Assembly: GCA_002102825.1 (NCBI GenBank)
Contig: DABJ01000027.1
Coordinates: 36,373-100,372 of the forward strand
Reading direction: 5' to 3'
Origin: Candidatus Gastranaerophilales bacterium HUM_12
GTDB taxonomy: Bacteria > Cyanobacteriota > Vampirovibrionia > Gastranaerophilales > Gastranaerophilaceae
Length of the DNA: 64,000 bases
Shown: positions 37,689 through 47,213 of the stretch, in pieces
How the letters are laid out: each line of letters starts with the position of its first letter
How positions within the stretch are numbered: the first letter of the stretch is position 1
Position numbers and translations under genes: made by a program
Notes under the pieces: model-generated
The model's input: only the letters and a program-made list of their open reading frames with translations
Database searches by the model: none
What the model was told of the DNA's origin: nothing

Positions 37689-37911
37689 TTTTATATCCTC
37701 TCTTTTTATTTGAAACTTTTAAAACTTTTTTCTTTTTCTTTATTTATCTCTTACATATATATAAAAACTTCCTTTAAAAATTTATTGACTTTTTATATTC
37801 AAAATATATAAATTTTGTTACATAACTTAATAAACATTTCAAAAAGTTAAAGAATCCACAAAACTATGCCGATTAACAGAGTATAAAAGTTATGAAAGGA
37901 ATGTTGATACA

Positions 37912-39282
37912 ATGGGATTGTCATCATCACAAGGTCGATTATTATCAATAACTGCGAGATTAACATCAAATGAGTATGAATCTCAACAGATTTCCAATGC
38001 AAAAATGAGATTGGCTACTCAATCTCAGGCAGCTAGTGATGATTATATTAATGCCCTAAATTCTCAACAAGTTCTTTATACAACTTATGATGAAAAAGGT
38101 AATTCTACAGCAGAAAGATTAACGGCAAATGCAATGTATCAGTATGCAGATATGAAAAATCAATATCTCCTTACAAATACATCTGGTCAAGTTTTGTTGC
38201 AACAAGAAGATGCTCATAAGTTCCAAGAAGCAAGTAATTTAGATGAATTTCTAGAATCTTACGGATTAAAGAAACAATGGAAATCAACTACATTAGAATC
38301 AAATTATAACAAATTGGAAAGTGCTGAATTTGAAAATTATAGAAAAGCATGGGACGAAAAAGTTCAAGCGGCTATTGATAAAAAAGATTATTCTGTTTCT
38401 TACCACAAAGATGGAGTTCTTGTAACTGAGAGTAATTTATCATCTGATAAAGCTTGGGAAAAAGAACAAGGTGAAGCTTTCAGCAACTATAATGAAGTAC
38501 TTGCAACATATAATAACGAAGTTGCAAAGGCAAGTGCAGGTATTAATAATCAAGTTGAATTGAGCAATGCTATTAAAGCTTTGTCAGAAGCAAAAACGAA
38601 ATATAGCAGTTGTCTCACTTATGATGATTGGGTTAAAACTAAGGCTGCATATTTGGACTCAAGTAATAATGTTACGAATAGATTGAATAGCGAATATTTG
38701 AATATGCAAGATAAGTACAATCCTGTCCTTGCTGAATACAATGCAGAAGCAGAGGATTATGGTTCAACAATTACAGATTTATATACTTATGATGATGCTA
38801 CAAAAGCTCAATGGTACACAAATTTGTGGTACAGATTGAACGGCGAATCTTCTGAAAAATCAGAAAAGAGCAAATCAAATTATACCGTATTGAATACAAA
38901 ATTAGCAGATAGTACAACATGGATTCAAGATGCAATTACACAAGGTGCGATTACTATTGAAGTTGCCTCAAAGGCTGAGGATTCTAAAAATACGATTCCG
39001 GATTTAAATAATCCGACCGTTTATAATTTGAAAGGAATAAGCTGGAAAGCAACATTATTCTCCTCTTGTTCAGATTTAACTCAAAAAGATGATGATCAAG
39101 CAATTGCGAGAGCAGAAGCTGAATATGAAAGAAAAACTCAAGAAATCAATGCAAAAGATGAAAAATATCAAGCAAAAATAAAAAATCTTGATACAGAACA
39201 TACTGCTTTACAAACAGAATACGATTCAATTAAGAGTGCATTGAGTAAAAACATTGATAGATCATTCAAAACATTCTCGTAG
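37912..39282 (+). CDS. coiled-coil-rich hypothetical protein
   Basis: 456 aa with heptad-like N- and C-terminal segments (MGLSSSQGRLLSITARLTSNEYESQQISNAKMRLA...; ...AKIKNLDTEHTALQTEYDSIKSAL). Confidence 0.55.
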   Translation: MGLSSSQGRLLSITARLTSNEYESQQISNAKMRLATQSQAASDDYINALNSQQVLYTTYDEKGNSTAERLTANAMYQYADMKNQYLLTNTSGQVLLQQEDAHKFQEASNLDEFLESYGLKKQWKSTTLESNYNKLESAEFENYRKAWDEKVQAAIDKKDYSVSYHKDGVLVTESNLSSDKAWEKEQGEAFSNYNEVLATYNNEVAKASAGINNQVELSNAIKALSEAKTKYSSCLTYDDWVKTKAAYLDSSNNVTNRLNSEYLNMQDKYNPVLAEYNAEAEDYGSTITDLYTYDDATKAQWYTNLWYRLNGESSEKSEKSKSNYTVLNTKLADSTTWIQDAITQGAITIEVASKAEDSKNTIPDLNNPTVYNLKGISWKATLFSSCSDLTQKDDDQAIARAEAEYERKTQEINAKDEKYQAKIKNLDTEHTALQTEYDSIKSALSKNIDRSFKTFS

Positions 39283-39376
39283 AAAATCTCATTAAGACTT
39301 ATAAATATATTTTTCCCCTACAAATTTTTCCCTCCACTTTATAGTATAATTTAACTATCAAATGGAGGTTTTTATT

Positions 39377-40369
39377 ATGCATAGTGTAACTTTGATTAAT
39401 GGTGATGGTATCGGACCGGAAATTTCTGAAAGTGTGATGAAAATAATTGATGCTGCAGGTTTGAAGATAGATTGGGATATTCAAACTGCCGGTGCAGATG
39501 TTATTCAAACTGAGGGAACTCCATTACCACAAAGAGTTTTAGACTCTGTAAGACAAAATAAAGTTGCTCTTAAAGCTCCTGTTACAACACCGATTGGAAA
39601 AGGTTTCAGGTCTGTGAATGTCCAACTTAGAAAAAACTTGGACTTGTTTGCAAATATAAGACCTTGTAAAAACCTAACCGGTGTAAAAACTCGATTTGAT
39701 AATGTGAACTTAGTTGTCGTTAGAGAAAATACTGAAGATTTGTATGCAGGTGTAGAAGAAAAAATTGATGATAATACTGCACATAGTATTAAAATCATTA
39801 CTCGAAAAGCTTCAGAAAGGATTTGTAAGTTTGCCTTTGATTATGCTGTAAAAAACGACAGGCATGAGGTTTGTGTTGTTACCAAAGCAAATATTATGAA
39901 GTTATCTGATGGATTATTTTTAGAATGTTATAGAAATGTTGCTCAGAATTATCCACAAATAAAAACAAGAGAAATTTTGGTTGATAATCTTTGCATGCAA
40001 CTTGTTCAAGATCCGACAAAATTTGATGTTTTAGTTCTTCCTAATTTGTATGGAGATATTGTTTCTGATTTAACAGCAGGACTAATCGGGGGATTGGGTG
40101 TTGCACAAGGTGCAAATATCGGAAATGATTGTGCAGTATTTGAACCGGTTCATGGTTCTGCCCCTGATATAAAAGGACAAAACAAGGCTAATCCTACGGC
40201 ATTGATTCTATCTGCTGTTGAAATGCTCCGATATATTAATGAAAATTCTTATGCGGAGAAGATTGAGCATGCTTTATTTAAAACATTAGCAAATGGTGAT
40301 AAAACTCAGGATTTAGGCGGAAATTTGTCAACCACAGATTTTACTTCAAAAATTATAGAAAATTTATAA
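39377..40369 (+). CDS. isocitrate/isopropylmalate dehydrogenase family enzyme, most like NAD-dependent isocitrate dehydrogenase
   Basis: VTLINGDGIGPEI, NIRP, VVRENTEDLYAG and LPNLYGDIVSD (NLYGDI rather than LeuB-type NLFGDI). About 330 aa. Confidence 0.75.
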   Translation: MHSVTLINGDGIGPEISESVMKIIDAAGLKIDWDIQTAGADVIQTEGTPLPQRVLDSVRQNKVALKAPVTTPIGKGFRSVNVQLRKNLDLFANIRPCKNLTGVKTRFDNVNLVVVRENTEDLYAGVEEKIDDNTAHSIKIITRKASERICKFAFDYAVKNDRHEVCVVTKANIMKLSDGLFLECYRNVAQNYPQIKTREILVDNLCMQLVQDPTKFDVLVLPNLYGDIVSDLTAGLIGGLGVAQGANIGNDCAVFEPVHGSAPDIKGQNKANPTALILSAVEMLRYINENSYAEKIEHALFKTLANGDKTQDLGGNLSTTDFTSKIIENL

Positions 40370-40375
40370 AAGAAA

Positions 40376-40398
40376 AGTGCTTGATATTACCAAGCACT
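40376..40398. terminator. hairpin between convergent genes
   Basis: AGTGCTTG-ATATTAC-CAAGCACT; the T-run is on the minus-strand side. Confidence 0.6.
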
Positions 40399-40435
40399 AA
40401 ATTACCTCTTTAATATAATGTGAATAAATATATCC

Positions 40436-42103
40436 TTAGATTTCGAATAAACTGTGAAGTCGTTCTTGAATGTCTTCTTCGTCAAGTTCTTCTGTTAATC
40501 GGTTTAAGTCGATTGCCATCTGGTAATAGTTGGCGGCATCGTTTGTGAAGCCCATTTCTTGACTTGCTCGCCCTGCGTTAAAATATGCAAGAGTGTAGTT
40601 CGGATTTAGTGCAATTGCTTCTTCAAAGTATTCTAATGCTTCTTCTGCATCTGCAAGTCCGTCAAGGTATAGAATTCCTAAATTGTTCTGAGCATATTCG
40701 TTTTCCGGATTCAATTCTACGGCTTTATGGTAAGCAACAAGAGCTTCTTCAAGGTAATCCTTTTCCCAAAGAGCTATACCGACTTTTGAATATGCTCTAA
40801 AATCTTCAGGATTTAGTGTGATTGCATCACAGTATGAACGAATAGCTTTATCTAAATCATAATCTGCCATATATATATCACCTAGTGCGATATACAAGTC
40901 ATAGTTTTTAGGGTCAAGAATAATTCCTGCTTGATATGTGGAGATTGCTGCTTCTGCGTTTCCTTTGTTCTCTGCAAAAATAGAGCCTAAAGCTTGGCAC
41001 ACAATAGATGTCCACTCAGGATCCGGATTTATTGAAATCGCTTTTTGGTAATGTTCAATTGCATCGTCATAAAGTTCTGCTTTTGCATAAGCATATCCTA
41101 ATGAATTGTTAAAGAACGGATTATCTGGTTCTTTTTCAACTGCAAGCTTGAATGCACTTACTGAATTCAATTTATCATTTTTAGACATGTATAAGTGTCC
41201 AAGTTCATAATAAATTTGAGCGGTATCAACATCAAATTCTAATAACTTTTCGTAGCAATCAATTGCTTCATTTGTATTTTCAGGGAAATAGGTTTGAAGA
41301 ATTGTTGCAAGTTTCACTAATACTGCGCGATTTAGTGGATTTGCCTCCAAAACTTTTCTGTAGCAATCAACAGTTGTATCAATGTTTTTATTTTGAAGAG
41401 CAATATCACCAATTTTGTTGTAATAGTATTCAGTATTAGTCGTTTTTTCTATTGCGTCTTTGTAAACTTCTTCTGCTTTGTCAAACATCTTGAATTTTTC
41501 AAAAAATTTTCCAACAGTGTTGTAAGAAAAGATTGAAACATCATTCGACATGTTCTTGTAGAACATTTTCATTGTTGGTCTGTCCCATGCAAGCATGATA
41601 CTTCCAGTTAAGAAATAGTACAAAAATCCTGCATAATCTTTTAAAGTTCCATTTTGAGAATTGATTTTTTGCAAAATAGATTGAGACAGAATCATTCTCG
41701 GACGGCCGGAATTCAACTTGTTCATGTCGATTGCAGATTTGAATTCTTTTTCTGCAGACTGAAAATCTTGAGCTAATTGCATGAAATAGCCTGTATAAAG
41801 GTGTGCATCTTTATTTCTTGGGGAAAGAGATATCGCAGTTTTGCATTGCTCAATTGCTGTATTTATGCTGATTTGTCCTTGTTCCCACATTAAAGTCGCC
41901 AAACGATAGTAAGTTTCAGGTATAGTCGGGTCATATTTAACCGCATCGACATAATGTTCGATTGCTTCTTGCAGGTCATAATTTCTTTGCCCGATTAGAT
42001 ATTTTTCGTGAGCAATTCTTGCTTTTTCTAATGAGTTCTGCGCTCTTTCTTTATTTTCTAAACTGTCTGTGCCTATCATTGGCATTAAAACTTGTTCTGA
42101 CAT
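40436..42103 (-). CDS. tetratricopeptide (TPR) repeat protein
   Basis: More than 10 recognisable 34-aa repeats with A..Y.KA(I/L)ELNP-type consensus. Confidence 0.85.
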   Translation of the reverse strand: MSEQVLMPMIGTDSLENKERAQNSLEKARIAHEKYLIGQRNYDLQEAIEHYVDAVKYDPTIPETYYRLATLMWEQGQISINTAIEQCKTAISLSPRNKDAHLYTGYFMQLAQDFQSAEKEFKSAIDMNKLNSGRPRMILSQSILQKINSQNGTLKDYAGFLYYFLTGSIMLAWDRPTMKMFYKNMSNDVSIFSYNTVGKFFEKFKMFDKAEEVYKDAIEKTTNTEYYYNKIGDIALQNKNIDTTVDCYRKVLEANPLNRAVLVKLATILQTYFPENTNEAIDCYEKLLEFDVDTAQIYYELGHLYMSKNDKLNSVSAFKLAVEKEPDNPFFNNSLGYAYAKAELYDDAIEHYQKAISINPDPEWTSIVCQALGSIFAENKGNAEAAISTYQAGIILDPKNYDLYIALGDIYMADYDLDKAIRSYCDAITLNPEDFRAYSKVGIALWEKDYLEEALVAYHKAVELNPENEYAQNNLGILYLDGLADAEEALEYFEEAIALNPNYTLAYFNAGRASQEMGFTNDAANYYQMAIDLNRLTEELDEEDIQERLHSLFEI

Positions 42104-42285
42104 TTTGAAGCTCCAATATACTATATAGATTTACATGACATGTCGTGGGTAAATTTTATATCTTTAATACATGGAAGAATTTCTCATACATTTGTACTAG
42201 ATGGTTGGAGTATTTTCTATATTAAAAAATCCGACAAACATAATGCCTGTCGAATTTTGAGTTTCTTTAATAAATTTTTTTTAGA

Positions 42286-43032
42286 TTAATTATTTCTGCT
42301 TTGTATTTTTGCAAGTAGGTTAAGAATTTCAATATACAACCAAACGATTGTAACCATTAAAGCAAATCCGCCGTACCATTCAAAATATTTATCAACGTTG
42401 CCTGCAAATTTTTCAATGAAGTCGAAATCAACAATTAGATTGAAAGATGCAATTGCTACAACAACCACACTGAAACCAATTCCTAGTAATGAATTAGAGA
42501 ATAATCCTGGGATTGAGATATGGAAGAATGACAAAATGAGTTGAAGCATGTAAATTCCAAAAACTGCTAGGGTAGAGTTAAATATAACCATTCTGAACTT
42601 ATCAGTGCATTTAATTACTTTAGTTTTGTACAACAAGAACATGCCAAATAATGCAAAAACTGTCCCCATAGCTGCTTGAGAAGCGATTCCCGGGAAATAT
42701 TGGTTAAGCAAAGCAGAATAACTCCCTAAGAATAATCCCTCACACATTGCATATAGTGGAGTTGTTATTGCAAGCATTTTATTTTTTGGTGCAAAACAGA
42801 TTATTAAGCATAAAATTAAACCTCCGAAAGTTCCGACATTTCGAAGAATTGCAACTTTATCGGCAAAACCGGCAAGTTGTAAATACCAAGTGTACGCAAA
42901 AGTCAATGCTAAAAATAAACCAAGCATGCAGGTTTTTATAATTGTTCCATTGATTGTCATGACATGCTCAAGTTCAAGTCCGTTATCGAAAGTTGATTTA
43001 AAACTTCTTTCTCCTAAAACAGGATTAGCCAT
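42286..43032 (-). CDS. Bax inhibitor-1/YccA family membrane protein
   Basis: N-terminal ANPVL, about 7 TM segments, 248 aa; layout as in COG4760/YccA-like proteins. Confidence 0.65.
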   Translation of the reverse strand: MANPVLGERSFKSTFDNGLELEHVMTINGTIIKTCMLGLFLALTFAYTWYLQLAGFADKVAILRNVGTFGGLILCLIICFAPKNKMLAITTPLYAMCEGLFLGSYSALLNQYFPGIASQAAMGTVFALFGMFLLYKTKVIKCTDKFRMVIFNSTLAVFGIYMLQLILSFFHISIPGLFSNSLLGIGFSVVVVAIASFNLIVDFDFIEKFAGNVDKYFEWYGGFALMVTIVWLYIEILNLLAKIQSRNN

Positions 43033-43129
43033 ATTAAGCTCCTTTCTTATAAATATCCTCTAAATCACTCACATATTAGCATATAAAATAAAAATCTCAA
43101 TTGTTCTAAAAATTTTTTTGAAAAAGGAC

Positions 43130-43158
43130 TTTACAATAATTTTTTTTTGTTATACACT
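43130..43158 (+). promoter_or_regulatory. candidate promoter of tRNA-Asn
   Basis: TTTACA at 43130-43135 and TACACT at 43153-43158 (17-nt spacer), about 10 nt upstream of the tRNA. Confidence 0.35.
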
Positions 43159-43168
43159 AATTACATAA

Positions 43169-43240
43169 TCCTCAGTAGCTCAATGGCGGAGCATTCGACT
43201 GTTAATCGAAGGGTTGCTGGTTCGAGTCCAGCCTGGGGAG
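43169..43240 (+). tRNA. tRNA-Asn (GUU), CCA not encoded
   Basis: Manual cloverleaf: acceptor TCCTCAG/CTGGGGA, anticodon stem TTCGA/TCGAA with loop CTGTTAA, and T arm GCTGG-TTCGAGT-CCAGC. Confidence 0.9.
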
Positions 43241-43255
43241 TTTTTTCTATATTTA

Positions 43256-43284
43256 GGGGTTGAATCAGGTTCAAGCCCTTTTTT
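43256..43284 (+). terminator. intrinsic terminator after tRNA-Asn
   Basis: GGGGTTGAA-TCAGG-TTCAAGCCC (one mismatch) followed by TTTTTT. Confidence 0.7.
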
Positions 43285-43427
43285 AATGCCTGTTTCTCTA
43301 ACTGAAAAGATTAAATCTTCAAACAAACTCAATTTTTCAATGTGCTTGTACGGAGAACCCGGTGTATTTTTTGAGTCATTTCAATTCTGGCGGGTAGTTA
43401 TATTATTGGGGAAAGTTGCCTTTGTGT

Positions 43428-43609
43428 GCGAGTTTGAGGCTAAAATGCAGATTATTAAAAGAAAAAAGGATAATTCCAAGGATAAGAAAAGGATAAATTG
43501 GATATTTTTTATATTACATTTCTTTAGACATGGGAAGAGGCAACAAACTCCAATAATACTAACAATTTCCCTAATTCCTTATGATTACATATTTATAAAA
43601 CTATCCTTC
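43428..43609 (+). repeat. ~182-nt direct repeat, copy A
   Basis: Aligns by hand with 45829-46009 with roughly 19 differences including a 1-nt indel. Begins with CGAGTTTGAGGCT. Confidence 0.85.
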
Positions 43610-43648
43610 TACTTATAATCAGTATAATTAATTTTACTAATCAAAACC

Positions 43649-45667
43649 CTACATTTCATTCAAATTTATTATAGAGGATTTTGGTTTTTCGACTTTTGGT
43701 TTTTCTATAGGATTAAATATTTCATATAAACACGAAGTAAAAGTTGTGTTTCCGTCAAATTTACATTCTTGAGTGATTGTATCAATATAAATTTTATCTT
43801 CGCCAGAAGAACCTATAATTTTCATTTCTTTATTTTCATTTGGATAGTTTTTAAGATTAAGCTTATTCATGTTTTGACCAACATATATAGGCATATCAGG
43901 ATTACCAAGCTCTTTTGTAAAATTCTTAGCATACGCAAATATCAAATCTTTAATTTTATTATTAATACTTTCTTTTATATAATCTTTTTTGAGTTCAATA
44001 TTATCTAACACCAATGCTGGTTTATTCTCAATTTCTGCAATATAACACATAGTATTACCAACAGGTTTATCATTAACTAAAACTTCCATTCCAGAAATCA
44101 TTTTATTTTTTATATAATTAGGTGCTATAGCTTGTCTCGTGCCTGTTCCTATTGCTGTGCAACAGGAAGCATCAATACCTAAAAATAATGAATGAGAAAC
44201 ATTATTCATATCAACTTGTTGTACAGTTAATTGTATATTGTTAGTATTCGGATTTTTCTGTAATAAAAGCATTTTTTGTTTAAGTTTTAAAATCCAGCTT
44301 TCAAAAGTTTTTCTTGCCATAGTTGCGTCAGGATTTTTATCAGGACTTTTCCAAAAAGAATTCTTTTTCATAAATTCACTAATAATATCAATCAATTCAG
44401 GCAATTCTTTAGCTGATATCCGTTGGTTATCTTTACAAAGTTTTAAAGCTTGATTATTAATATCTGAATAAAGACTATATAATGAATTTTGAGTATTTAA
44501 TTTATAACCTTTTATGCTTATTTCTTCAAATAATTTTGCTTTCTTATCTATTGAAAGAATTCCCAATATAGGAGATGTCAAAATTTCTTCTAAATTATTT
44601 ATTATATCATTTTGTTTATCTTCATCTGTTATATTTTTTTGTAATTTCGATTTTGGGTCAAATTTAGTCCATCTATTAAAATTTATCCCCGATTTTTCAA
44701 ATTGAACTTTTGTCGCTTTATTTTGAGGAAGTTCTAGTAAAACCTCTCTCACAGTCTTATTTGGACTTTGGTTAAGAATTGTGAGCAACTGATTATAAGG
44801 AGATTTAAAATCTTCCTTTGAAGTAAACATTTTTGATAAGTACTTATTATTTCTAAAATCCACTTGTTTGCAAACATTACCGTTTGAGTCAGTCCTTACA
44901 ATATCATTCAATATATTTTGTAATTCATTAATATTGTTTTTTTTATTATATTTATTTAATACTGACTCTAAAATATCATAAGAATTCTGCATAATATAAA
45001 AAAACTTAGCTAATTCAATTTTATAAGGATAATCTGTAATTGATTCTTTTACTAAATTTTTATTTTTATCTGTTAAATTATTTATATCTTTAATTAAATT
45101 GTCTTTATTATCAATTATATGAAACTGTTTTTTTAAGTTAGTGATTTGAGTTTGCCTGTTTTTATATTGCAAACTTTCTGTTGGATTTGTTAATTCCAAT
45201 AACTTTTGATACAAAGGGTGATTTGTACTTATATCGCCAATTGTATCTATATAACTTTCGACATTTTCAAACTTTTTGTCAAACGATGCGATAAAAGATT
45301 TTTTCCCAAGAATTTTTACTGTATTTAATACTTTTTTAGGCTTTTTAAAAATTAACTGTTCTATTTCGTCATTAGTAACTTTATGCGAGAATGATGACAA
45401 AAAATCACGCCTATTAAACCCTGCAAGCCTGATATCCATAAGAGTTTTAGCCTGTTCGACTCTATTTAATTTATCTCTTATAAAATTAATTGTATATTTT
45501 TTAGGATATCCCAATTCCAAAATCTTAAGAAATCTGTCTGTAGTTAAATTTGTACTTCCTAAATTACTGCCAAAATATATATTTGATTTATTTTGACGAT
45601 AAATGTTAGATTTATTTCGAATATTATTATGGGGAGTATATCCATAATAAAGGGGTGAAATATTCAT
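43649..45667 (-). CDS. large orphan protein (672 aa) with SNIYFGS N-terminal tag
   Basis: Long uninterrupted ORF, helical N-terminal two thirds. C-terminal region has LGIDASCCTAIGTGTRQ; no family recognised and no obvious RBS. Confidence 0.55.
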   Translation of the reverse strand: MNISPLYYGYTPHNNIRNKSNIYRQNKSNIYFGSNLGSTNLTTDRFLKILELGYPKKYTINFIRDKLNRVEQAKTLMDIRLAGFNRRDFLSSFSHKVTNDEIEQLIFKKPKKVLNTVKILGKKSFIASFDKKFENVESYIDTIGDISTNHPLYQKLLELTNPTESLQYKNRQTQITNLKKQFHIIDNKDNLIKDINNLTDKNKNLVKESITDYPYKIELAKFFYIMQNSYDILESVLNKYNKKNNINELQNILNDIVRTDSNGNVCKQVDFRNNKYLSKMFTSKEDFKSPYNQLLTILNQSPNKTVREVLLELPQNKATKVQFEKSGINFNRWTKFDPKSKLQKNITDEDKQNDIINNLEEILTSPILGILSIDKKAKLFEEISIKGYKLNTQNSLYSLYSDINNQALKLCKDNQRISAKELPELIDIISEFMKKNSFWKSPDKNPDATMARKTFESWILKLKQKMLLLQKNPNTNNIQLTVQQVDMNNVSHSLFLGIDASCCTAIGTGTRQAIAPNYIKNKMISGMEVLVNDKPVGNTMCYIAEIENKPALVLDNIELKKDYIKESINNKIKDLIFAYAKNFTKELGNPDMPIYVGQNMNKLNLKNYPNENKEMKIIGSSGEDKIYIDTITQECKFDGNTTFTSCLYEIFNPIEKPKVEKPKSSIINLNEM

Positions 45668-45828
45668 ATTAAAATTAAAACCGAAAAAAATAATTTTTGC
45701 TATTTTTTATTAAATGCGATTTATTTCTCCCTTTAAGAATTTTACAATTGTTGTGTGCCAAAAAATTTTTATTCAAAAATGTAATGGTTATTATCCATTT
45801 TTAACCTCTATAAACTTCAAAAAACAAT

Positions 45829-46009
45829 CGAGTTTGAGGCTGAAATGCAGAATATTAAAAGAAAAAAGGATAATTCCAAGGATAAGAAAAGGATAAATCG
45901 GATATTTTCTATATTACATTTTTTCAGACATGGAAGTGGCAACAATCCCCAATAATACTAACCTTTTCCCCAATAGCTTAACTTTACATATTTATAAATC
46001 TATCCTTCT
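45829..46009 (+). repeat. ~181-nt direct repeat, copy B
   Basis: See copy A. Confidence 0.85.
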
Positions 46010-46380
46010 CTTTATATGTACTGATTTTCTATTATTGTTTGGAATATCGGCTTTAGTTTTATATCAAAGTTTTTATCTTTATATGTGATTAGTACGTTTT
46101 AACATTTCTAACCAAAATAATTTTCCGGTAGTTTTCTTTAAAAAATGAACTTATTTGTCCTTGTTTAGGCCTAAAAACAAACTATTTCAAAAGAGAGCTA
46201 CGACAATTACTATTTGTTTTTAAAACAAAAATTTATGCCGAAGGGAAAACCAAGCTAACGAAGTTTAAAACGAACATTATGGCAAAATACAGGCATTAAT
46301 GTGGGAAATTACAATAAGCTTGAAATCTTAATCTAATTGAAATCTTTATCCTGTTACTATAACAAAATATTCGCTAAGAG

Positions 46381-46424
46381 GCCGCTGACGCGAGTTTGCA
46401 GGTATGTTCAAGTGTATTAGCATA
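46381..46424 (+). repeat. imperfect direct repeat, left copy (GCCGCTGACGCGAGTTTGCAGGTATGTTCA...)
   Basis: About 25 of the first 30 nt are identical to 53688-53717. Contains the GCGAGTTTGCAGG core variant. Confidence 0.7.
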
Positions 46425-46528
46425 ACTTTTTTTACAATTAGAACTCTAATTCTCTTAAAACTCGCGTGAACAGTGACAAAAAAGATTTTTATAATAAATA
46501 CTACACTAGAATCGGATATTTACATTGG

Positions 46529-47203
46529 CTACTTCATAAAATATACCATGCAAGGGCGGCCGCCGGTATCGTAATTTATTTGTTCTATAACTTCACCGTT
46601 TTTTGTTAAATAGTGCATGTATTTTCGAACCGTAACTTTTGAAATATCCAAAAATGCTGCAATTTGTTCTGATGTATGTCCGCTATTTGTATCTTCTCTT
46701 AAGTATTTACGGATTTTGTCTAATGTCTTTTCTTGAATACCTTTTGGAAGTTCAAAATTATTATTCCCCAAATGTTCGCTATTCATAATTTCATCAATTT
46801 TTTTCTGATCCAGAACGCAAACATTATTTTTTTGAACTCTACACTCAACGAATTTGTCCAGTGCTTGTTGAAATCGTTCTTGTACAAAAGGTTTGACAAG
46901 GTAATCAATGACCCCAAAGTTTAAAACCGTATCAAGGGTCTTTTTATCATTTGATGCCGTAACCATAATTATATCAGTATTAATTTCTTCCGTTCTGATT
47001 TTTTTTAGCAAAGATAAACCATCTAACACTGGCATATAAACATCAAGGATAGCCAAATCCACTTGATTTTCTGACAAATATTTGAACGCATCATTCCCGT
47101 TCCTGAAAGATTGAACAACATAAAAACGGGAATCTTGCTCAACATAATGAGTATTTATCATTGCAACCATAGGGTCATCTTCTACGATTAAAACCTTGTA
47201 CAT
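46529..47203 (-). CDS. response regulator, CitB/DcuR family
   Basis: Receiver domain (LIVEDDP, DLAILDVYMP, KPF) plus C-terminal HTH (ISKVTVRKYMHYL); colinear with DcuR. Confidence 0.9.
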   Translation of the reverse strand: MYKVLIVEDDPMVAMINTHYVEQDSRFYVVQSFRNGNDAFKYLSENQVDLAILDVYMPVLDGLSLLKKIRTEEINTDIIMVTASNDKKTLDTVLNFGVIDYLVKPFVQERFQQALDKFVECRVQKNNVCVLDQKKIDEIMNSEHLGNNNFELPKGIQEKTLDKIRKYLREDTNSGHTSEQIAAFLDISKVTVRKYMHYLTKNGEVIEQINYDTGGRPCMVYFMK

Positions 47204-47213
47204 TTATTACCTC

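Noticed and set aside
43256-43284. Possible degenerate duplicate of the tRNA-Asn T arm (GGTTCAAGCCC), which would be an att scar
   Set aside because: The segment folds as a hairpin (GGGGTTGAA/TTCAAGCCC) followed by TTTTTT. It is more simply the tRNA's intrinsic terminator, and its similarity to the T arm is weak.
43214-43618. 134-aa plus-strand ORF starting inside tRNA-Asn and running through repeat copy A
   Set aside because: It begins within the tRNA and crosses its terminator. The part shared with repeat copy B loses frame through a 1-nt indel, so it is not conserved as coding.
45714-45896. 60-aa ORF upstream of the 672-aa gene
   Set aside because: It spans unique sequence and the start of repeat copy B, in a frame not preserved in copy A, with no RBS.
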